A DNA stretch of 64,000 nt, taken from assembly GCA_964007735.1 (NCBI GenBank), contig CAXGAI010000020.1:1-64000 (forward strand). The letters run 5' to 3'. A program made the translations under genes and the position numbers. This stretch comes from an uncultured Rhodopirellula sp. Lineage in GTDB: Bacteria > Planctomycetota > Planctomycetia > Pirellulales > Pirellulaceae. Positions 57,557 through 64,000 of this stretch are shown here, piece by piece (the first letter of the stretch is position 1; each line of letters begins with the position of its first letter). The notes under the pieces are model-generated. The model saw only the letters and a program-made list of their open reading frames with translations. It did not search any database and was not told where the DNA came from.

Positions 57557-59395
57557 CTATTGGTTTTCCGGATTAAGCGAAAAATTCAGAAAATGTAAGC
57601 CGGTGGGCCGGTTAAAGAGCACGCCACCGCTGGGAGCCATGTATTTAGATATTTCCTCAAACGGTGGGAGAGGATGGTCAAGAAAAGCGGAGTTCAATGT
57701 GCGAAGGAAATCATTGTTCTCGGCACCCTGCTGTAATGCTGATTGAGCGTCTTCGCCCAGTGCAAGGTTGTAAACGAATTCCAATCCTTTTTCCGGGCGA
57801 CTGAATGTAATGGCAGAAGGCTTGAACTCTCCTGTTTGCGCTTTGACCGTATCCAGTACAAGCCTGAAGTCTTCTGCATCAGCTAGTCGGTCCTCTCCAC
57901 CTTGATAGGTGTCGATCGCCTTAAAGACGATGAGTTCTGAGTCGGACAGTAGGAGTGTGTCGCCCACAATCGCAAATGTCGGAGTTGGCCTTCTGAAATT
58001 CCCAGGGGGGCCCGGACGAGGGGGTTGTGCGTTAGGTTGGTTTGGATCGAGTTGTGCATCCGGTTGCAAACCGGGGCCGCCAGGGCGACCGGTGGGAGTT
58101 TGGTAGTAGGTGACTCCATTGTGTGACTGCTTGCTCATCCAGGCGGCCTTTTCTTCGATAAGCGTATCCAGGAAATCGGCCATTTTTTCAGGTTCTTTAA
58201 GCTTAAACCCTATACCGCTGGCCTGACCGTTTAACACGTCCGGATCCACAACTTGCTGGACAAAGGTCAGGCGGCCACCAAATTGGGCAATCACGTCGTC
58301 CTGCAGATTGATTCCTGCGGGAACATTGACATTTTCTTCCACAAGATTCTCAAAATATCCGCTTCCAAGTACGGAATCCACGACTTTAGTCAGTTCCCCG
58401 TACATCTCTTCCAGATCCCAGTACATGGTTCCATAATTTGCAGTTTCGTTACTGACCCAATCTTCCGAGTTAAGTTCCCCCTCACCGAGTGTTAGAAGGT
58501 TGAAGACACCGCGACGAGGACTCCCTAGAGAAAGATGGAAATGTGCCATCGTATCGAAGCCTGGAGGGCCGACAATCAAGGAACCTCCGACCGCCTTGAA
58601 ACCATCAACTCCTAAAGTAGGTAATAAAGCCAATGCCGCTTGTGCCTGGAAGTTGTCCTGCGTGGTTGATTTTACGAGGGTAAGCGGATCAGCGTAGAAA
58701 CTAATCTGTGGTTGGAAATCTTCAGCACCTACGCTGTTACGCATAATGTCAGTGAATTTACGATTATCGGCTAGTGTTCGATCGGCTTCTGTGGCAGTAC
58801 CTTCCCATACGCTAATTAGATGGGTGGCCATCAGTTCACTACTGCACAAGACAACGGTCTCTTCTTTAATAAAAGAGTAGACGTCATCATCGTCACCAGG
58901 ATTAGCAAAAAGCGTTACTTCAGTTTCGCCAATCAATTCTTCGGAAAGATCACCGGCGTTGTTAATGTGTTCAAATTCGGCACGTTCCAAAAGAGTGATT
59001 GCTGTATCGACATTTTCACCAACGTCGGCAATAAAAGCGAACATAGGGCGACCCGTATCGGTAACTGCCAAACTAAGGGCAACTTCACCGGTTGGTAGTT
59101 CCATTAATTCCTCGACGCTTACGCCCAATTCATCCTCGACCTGAGGAAACGCATTGATAAACTCGTTGTAGAGGCGGTCTACCAAAGGTGAAACGGAAGC
59201 ATCGTTACGAATTTTCCCAAATGATGTTTTTAAAAAGTCATCCCCAAGTGCCGGGAAATCGTCGACTCTTAAATAAACAACTGTATTATACGGAAGAAGT
59301 TTGGGAGCACTTGGACGCTCGGCTTTTACATTTGGTATCGCTAGGAACGTGAAGAACAACAAAGCCACGAATGGAAGTTTGATTTTGAAATTCAT
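57557..59395 (-). CDS. Secreted hypothetical protein (DUF3352-like), acidic, with Pro/Gly-rich insert
   Basis: Signal peptide, 612 aa, planctomycete-type PPFEEISKY..P C-terminus. Confidence 0.7.
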   Translation of the reverse strand: MNFKIKLPFVALLFFTFLAIPNVKAERPSAPKLLPYNTVVYLRVDDFPALGDDFLKTSFGKIRNDASVSPLVDRLYNEFINAFPQVEDELGVSVEELMELPTGEVALSLAVTDTGRPMFAFIADVGENVDTAITLLERAEFEHINNAGDLSEELIGETEVTLFANPGDDDDVYSFIKEETVVLCSSELMATHLISVWEGTATEADRTLADNRKFTDIMRNSVGAEDFQPQISFYADPLTLVKSTTQDNFQAQAALALLPTLGVDGFKAVGGSLIVGPPGFDTMAHFHLSLGSPRRGVFNLLTLGEGELNSEDWVSNETANYGTMYWDLEEMYGELTKVVDSVLGSGYFENLVEENVNVPAGINLQDDVIAQFGGRLTFVQQVVDPDVLNGQASGIGFKLKEPEKMADFLDTLIEEKAAWMSKQSHNGVTYYQTPTGRPGGPGLQPDAQLDPNQPNAQPPRPGPPGNFRRPTPTFAIVGDTLLLSDSELIVFKAIDTYQGGEDRLADAEDFRLVLDTVKAQTGEFKPSAITFSRPEKGLEFVYNLALGEDAQSALQQGAENNDFLRTLNSAFLDHPLPPFEEISKYMAPSGGVLFNRPTGLHFLNFSLNPENQ

Positions 59396-59695
59396 GTAGG
59401 TGATTGCCTTAAATCTTTAGGGGGTTAGAGATACTAGGTTGTTAAACACCACGGATGCTACAAGGTTTCGTAAGGTATGCTAATTAACAAAAAGCAGCAA
59501 GACGGTAAATTATACCGATTAACCTGAGTTTTCGTTGTTTTGGGTTTATTCAGGGGTGTCGTCTCAATTTACGTTTATAATCGATTAACACGGTATTTAC
59601 GACTATACAGGCTGGTTCACTGATGACGAACTAGACTCTGTTGGCCGCCTTTTTAAGGGCAGACCTCAAATATATGCATCAGCAGGGCAAATAAC

Positions 59696-60316
59696 ATGTT
59701 AACACTAGTGAAACACTTCCTAACCGCAGCATCTATCTTGGTTTGGGCGCCGATCGCTTATGGGCAGGTGGGAAACCAAAACATGCAAACCGGACAAGGC
59801 GGTCAAGTGTCTTCCACCGGTGAGATTTCCAGCCAAACGTCCAATCAGGGGTTCGTTGGGGGCGGCGGGATTGGAGGTGATCCCCGCGCGACTTCAAGTG
59901 AGGCCAGCATGGGCGGCGGAGGTATGGGTGGCTTTGGAGGCATGGGTGGATTCGGAGGCATGGGTGGCTTTGGAGGCATGGGCCGCGGAATGATGGGAGG
60001 CATGTTTGGGGGCCAACAACAGCAACAACCGGGGGCTAACCTACGCTTTCCTTTTGTGGTTAAATTTTCAGTGCGTCCCATTATTGTGGCTAATGTAAAA
60101 CAAAAGGCTCAAACTCGACTTACTAAACTGCCGGGCTTATCGCGTTTTAATAAAGTCGTGGTAGACCTGGAGAAATCAACTGCCACGTTGACGGGCCAAG
60201 TTGTCTCCGAACGAGAGAAGTCTCTAGTGGAACGCCTGGTACTTCTGGAACCTGGAATCAATTCAGTAAATAACAATTTGGCGATTGCAGACAAACCGCC
60301 CCAAGATAACGAATAA
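59696..60316 (+). CDS. Secreted BON-domain protein with Gly/Met-rich low-complexity region
   Basis: Signal peptide; ATLTGQV.SE.EK...PGI.SV.N.L BON pattern. Confidence 0.82.
   Translation: MLTLVKHFLTAASILVWAPIAYGQVGNQNMQTGQGGQVSSTGEISSQTSNQGFVGGGGIGGDPRATSSEASMGGGGMGGFGGMGGFGGMGGFGGMGRGMMGGMFGGQQQQQPGANLRFPFVVKFSVRPIIVANVKQKAQTRLTKLPGLSRFNKVVVDLEKSTATLTGQVVSEREKSLVERLVLLEPGINSVNNNLAIADKPPQDNE
59918..59983 (+). repeat. About 3.7 copies of an 18-bp coding tandem repeat (GGMGGF)
   Basis: GGAGGYATGGGTGGMTTY units at 59918, 59936 and 59954, partial at 59972. Confidence 0.85.
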
Positions 60317-60335
60317 GTTAACGGCACAATAACGC

Positions 60336-60373
60336 AAAAAGCCCGGATGTTGCTCACGCATCCGGGCTTTTTT
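60336..60373. terminator. Bidirectional intrinsic terminator between convergent genes
   Basis: AAAAAGCCCGGATG-ttgctcacg-CATCCGGGCTTTTTT. Confidence 0.9.
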
Positions 60374-60389
60374 GTTTGGACCACTTAGG

Positions 60390-61298
60390 TTAGGGACGCT
60401 GTGGTGGTCCAAGCTTGATTGTTTTTAAGCCGGATGGATTCACGGTGGTTTTTATTCCCGTAGGACGCCGGCGAGCGTTGTAGTCATCGTAATTTGGTAA
60501 AGCGTTGCTGCTGGACGGAATAGTAACGGGAGCTGGCGAGGTAGCATTAGTAGTTCGGACTACTTGCTGTGGAGCAGCGGCCATATGCCGAGCCAAGCTG
60601 GGCGAAACATTGATTGTTTGAGTGTTTCTGCGGTAAATGGCGTCATCTGTATGATGACGCTCGAGGGTGTCAACACGCATTGATCGTTGCTGCTGTGCGT
60701 TTACGAGCCTGTCTCCGTTATTTTGTTTTTGGTTGTTAGGCGAATTGCCGGGCAAAGTCACTTTGCTGAATAAGCCATTAATTACATTCCCATCAGTTGG
60801 AATGAAGACTGGTACCAGGCTTACCTTCTTGCCATGACCCCCTAATTTTTGCCAGGGAATCCAGAAACTGTAGGACGGCCCTAGTTCAGATTCTGTCAGA
60901 TGCGAGGAAAGCTGATCGGCACGGAAGACATACTTCCGATTCGGTTGACGATCGGAATGATCGGCCGTGGGGTTGTTTGTGTCATCAAACGCGTAAACGA
61001 CCAGCTGTCCTTCCACCTCGACGGCTTCTTGTTTTCGATTGTAGAAATACATGCGGCCACCAAAACCTTGAACTGCGCCACCCGTTGGTGTTGATAGAAC
61101 GTCATGAGCCCAAATGGCCACAATTCGGGAGGCGCTCTCTTCGTGTTTTCGCTTGGCGGCCTGTTCAGAATTCCATGGCATCGCATCATCTAATGCTTTG
61201 GTAGAATTGGAAAGGCTCTTACATCCACTCGTAAGTGCAATTGTTGTTAAAGCTATACAGATTAATCCGAATCGGAGTAAGGGTTGGGGGGATATCAT
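60390..61298 (-). CDS. Hypothetical lipoprotein downstream of the secretin
   Basis: Lipobox TSGC; GFGGRMYFY and GPSYSFWIPW core; disordered tail. Confidence 0.78.
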   Translation of the reverse strand: MISPQPLLRFGLICIALTTIALTSGCKSLSNSTKALDDAMPWNSEQAAKRKHEESASRIVAIWAHDVLSTPTGGAVQGFGGRMYFYNRKQEAVEVEGQLVVYAFDDTNNPTADHSDRQPNRKYVFRADQLSSHLTESELGPSYSFWIPWQKLGGHGKKVSLVPVFIPTDGNVINGLFSKVTLPGNSPNNQKQNNGDRLVNAQQQRSMRVDTLERHHTDDAIYRRNTQTINVSPSLARHMAAAPQQVVRTTNATSPAPVTIPSSSNALPNYDDYNARRRPTGIKTTVNPSGLKTIKLGPPQRP

Positions 61299-61359
61299 TA
61301 TTTAACACCTGATAAAGAAATGGCATACTACTCGAGCGTTGACGTCTAATCCATAAACG

Positions 61360-63999
61360 TTAACGACTAATGGGTGTCGTGTAGTTTTGCGTAGTTTGGG
61401 GGGGCACGCGTCTAAATTGGCCGTTATAAGGTTGTTGCGGCTGGACAGTGTGGTGGGCGGAGCCCTGTAGGCCCCTATTGGAAGCGGGTAAATACGGATT
61501 TTCGCTGACACCACCGGGAGCCTGAGGCACGGGCGCAACACGCTGTTGATAACCTGGCTGCGAAGGAGTACCCAACTGCCGTTGAGGGGGATAGGGGCTC
61601 CCTTGCATTACCCGCGGATTAGTCGTTCGGGGAAACATATGCCGACTCTGCAATTGATTTCCATCACGCTCCTGTATAGCACCACCCATGGATGATGAAG
61701 GGAATGCATGGTCTAGAAGGGTTCCGGCGGGATCGTCGTCCGGATAAATTACCGTTCCGGGTTCGCCCCAAAAACCACGACCCTCTTTCATGCCCGTGTC
61801 ACCCTGAATTTCGGTAAGATCTGATAGTAACCAGCTCATACGTTCCGTTTCCAAGGCTTTGATGCGGTCAATGTCCTCTTCACCTCGTACGATGTGAGGC
61901 GTCATGATAATCAATAACTCTTTACGTTTTTCTGTTTCGGTATCATACCGGAAAAGGTTTCCTATCCCCGGAAGGTCCCCGAGTACGGGTATGCTACGCC
62001 TGGCGACGGCTTTGTCTTTGGTGATCAAGCCGGCGAAGACGACAGTTTCGCCGTCCTGAGCACTAACTACTGTTTCCGCGGTCGTCTTATTAATCGGGGC
62101 GGCCATAACAGCCATCCCGTCCGGATTAATACCTACTACCGTTCCCGAGCTCGCTTCTCCTAGTTCAGATTTTTCGGCGCCGACGACCATCACAATGCGA
62201 CCGTCGATGGTGACCCGCGGTCTAACATTTAGCAGCAGACCAATGGAAACAGGTTCGGAGGTATTGGTAATTCCACCGAATTGATTTGCCTGGCTTCCTG
62301 TAATCTGTCGAATATCAGAACCCACCTGAACAAACCCTTCGGTCATGTCTAAAGTCATAATTTGCGGCCTGCTCAATATCTGAAGACGCCCACGATCTTG
62401 CAAGGCTCTCATCATGATATGGATAGACTCGTTAGCGGCACTGACAGCAAGGCCGCCGTATCCGAGCGCGGCACTATTGCGTCCCATGCCAAAACCCGAT
62501 ATGACCTGACCTGCAAGGCTTTCCCGAGAGGCAGTTGCACCAGGGTCATTGCCTAATGTTTGTCCGTGCCAGGCAAAGCCGTTGGTTGAGGCACCTCTAT
62601 CAAACAGAAGACTGTCCTGGAGACCAAGTTCGACACCAGCTTCGAAACTATCATTCAGCTCGACTTCAGCAATGATGACTTGAATCATCACCATGGCTGG
62701 CTCGAAGTCCAGCTCTTCCACAAGAGAAATAAGCGTGTCAAAAGTCTTCGGGTGAGCTGAAATAATGACCGAATTACTCGCTACATCCCAGGCCACGACA
62801 ACTTCTGTCGCTTCTATTTCGTAGTTAGCAATACTAGTCTGCTGGCTGAACGACTGCGTCAATAATTGACGCTGGGTATTAACATAGGTCTGCAAGGTTT
62901 GACCAACGGATGAAGCATCGGCATTCTTCAAACGGATCACCTCACTTCGACGTGTTTCAATATCACCCTCATCCAGGCGTATTAAAAGAAGTTCTACAAT
63001 GTCTAAATCAGTCTCCGAGCCGGAGGCAATCACACTGTTAGTACGCTGGTCTACCGCAAATCGTAGTGGAACAAGCGAAGACTCTCCCCCACCGATTCCT
63101 CCCGCACCAGCGCTAAGCGCCGAATTAAAAGCATTACTGCTTGCATTCGACCCTGCCGTAACTTGAAGGCCAAATAGCTCCTGAAGTAGTTGTGTGAGAT
63201 TTATCGCGTCTCCGTTTTCAACCTGAAAAACCTTGATTTGGGCTTCGGCGTTGGGAAGTTGGTCCAGTTGTGTAATTAGCTCTTCTATCAACGGCATGGC
63301 TGTAGCGGGAGCTCTCACAACAAGAGCGTTAACATTCTCATCAGCTGTTACTGAGGCACCAGCTAGGATACCGGAGTTAACCTTGCTTTCACCGCCGTTG
63401 GTAATGGTGAGGATTTCCAATTTAGAGGATTGCGGACTAATCGTAGCCGTGCTGCCTTGTTGGCCGCCCCCTTGGTTACCTTGATTCGTTGAAATCCCTG
63501 TAATGGCCTCCTGCAGGACCGGCTGAAGGTCAGCGGAAAGCGCATTTTTCAGTCGAAATACTCGCAGTTGGTTCGTGGCTGGAGAATCTTCAATGTCTAA
63601 TCGCTCCAGTAAAGCAGCAATTTCCTTAACATCACGAGGAGCCGCGTGAACAATCAGACTGTTGGTTCGGTAGTCGGCGATCAAACGAGGACGGACGCCC
63701 AATCCAGGCCTTTGTTCTTCATCACCGCCCGGCTGGTTGGTGTAGAAGGATCGAATTTGCCGCTCCGCATCAAGGGCCGACATATGCTTAAGGGCAAAGA
63801 TCTCAAACTGTGTATCTGGCCGGACTGGCTGATCGAGTTTTGCAATCAAATCCTTGATAGCCGACATACTCTCTTCGCGACCGATAAGTAGAAGGGCATT
63901 TGGTTTGTCAAGTGCCGTGATACTCACACTACTGTTTCGGGCCCCAAAGACATCATCGTAAAGTTCTTCGATCAGTTCAGTGATTACATTGCTATCCAC
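61360..63999 (-). CDS. gspD: Secretin (GspD/type II secretion-like), 5'-truncated
   Basis: Repeated secretin-N domains (D.RTNS.I...I..LD), VMIQVIIAEV, ILSRPQI, IPVLGDLPGIGNLFR, ELLIIMTPHIV; P/Q-rich tail. Confidence 0.88.
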   Translation of the reverse strand: MDSNVITELIEELYDDVFGARNSSVSITALDKPNALLLIGREESMSAIKDLIAKLDQPVRPDTQFEIFALKHMSALDAERQIRSFYTNQPGGDEEQRPGLGVRPRLIADYRTNSLIVHAAPRDVKEIAALLERLDIEDSPATNQLRVFRLKNALSADLQPVLQEAITGISTNQGNQGGGQQGSTATISPQSSKLEILTITNGGESKVNSGILAGASVTADENVNALVVRAPATAMPLIEELITQLDQLPNAEAQIKVFQVENGDAINLTQLLQELFGLQVTAGSNASSNAFNSALSAGAGGIGGGESSLVPLRFAVDQRTNSVIASGSETDLDIVELLLIRLDEGDIETRRSEVIRLKNADASSVGQTLQTYVNTQRQLLTQSFSQQTSIANYEIEATEVVVAWDVASNSVIISAHPKTFDTLISLVEELDFEPAMVMIQVIIAEVELNDSFEAGVELGLQDSLLFDRGASTNGFAWHGQTLGNDPGATASRESLAGQVISGFGMGRNSAALGYGGLAVSAANESIHIMMRALQDRGRLQILSRPQIMTLDMTEGFVQVGSDIRQITGSQANQFGGITNTSEPVSIGLLLNVRPRVTIDGRIVMVVGAEKSELGEASSGTVVGINPDGMAVMAAPINKTTAETVVSAQDGETVVFAGLITKDKAVARRSIPVLGDLPGIGNLFRYDTETEKRKELLIIMTPHIVRGEEDIDRIKALETERMSWLLSDLTEIQGDTGMKEGRGFWGEPGTVIYPDDDPAGTLLDHAFPSSSMGGAIQERDGNQLQSRHMFPRTTNPRVMQGSPYPPQRQLGTPSQPGYQQRVAPVPQAPGGVSENPYLPASNRGLQGSAHHTVQPQQPYNGQFRRVPPQTTQNYTTPISR

Positions 64000-64000
64000 A

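Noticed and set aside
63992..64000. CTATCCACA, near DnaA box
   Set aside because: Single mismatched copy inside the secretin CDS, with no cluster or oriC context.
1..64000. CRISPR arrays, IS elements, prophage, rRNA/tRNA, and the many short antisense or nested ORFs in the track
   Set aside because: No repeat-spacer pattern or mobile-element motifs seen. The short ORFs are shadows of well-supported genes.

Overview
A gene-dense 64 kb chromosomal segment of roughly 50% GC (estimated by eye). It almost certainly comes from a planctomycete (Pirellulales-like), judged by the DUF1549/DUF1553, planctomycete cytochrome-c/WD40, PPC, DUF1592/DUF1552 and DUF3500 proteins. I call 51 CDSs, two of them truncated by the window edges. 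Housekeeping genes include aat, a cyclophilin, cinA, a Cu-type P1B ATPase, murB, csrA, hslVU, arsC, a sirtuin, greA, rpoD, dnaG, a family-5 UDG, yggS, chdC/hemQ and a secretin. I saw no rRNA, tRNA, CRISPR array, transposase, integrase or prophage gene. Most interesting: (1) a secreted DUF1549/1553 + PPC + cytochrome-c/14-WD40 cluster with long coiled-coil inserts, interrupted by a DapA-fold protein lacking its catalytic residues and four membrane ORFans; (2) a Ser/Thr kinase-Hsp70 fusion upstream of a MurB with active-site substitutions and an FtsQ-like gene; (3) a promoter-terminator leader before greA resembling the E. coli GraL attenuator; (4) a triple Zn-ribbon protein with a TraR/DksA-type finger; (5) a trypsin-SirB1 fusion plus a stand-alone SirB1; (6) a stand-alone CaMKII hub protein. 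All family calls come from motif recognition by eye. No database searches were run.
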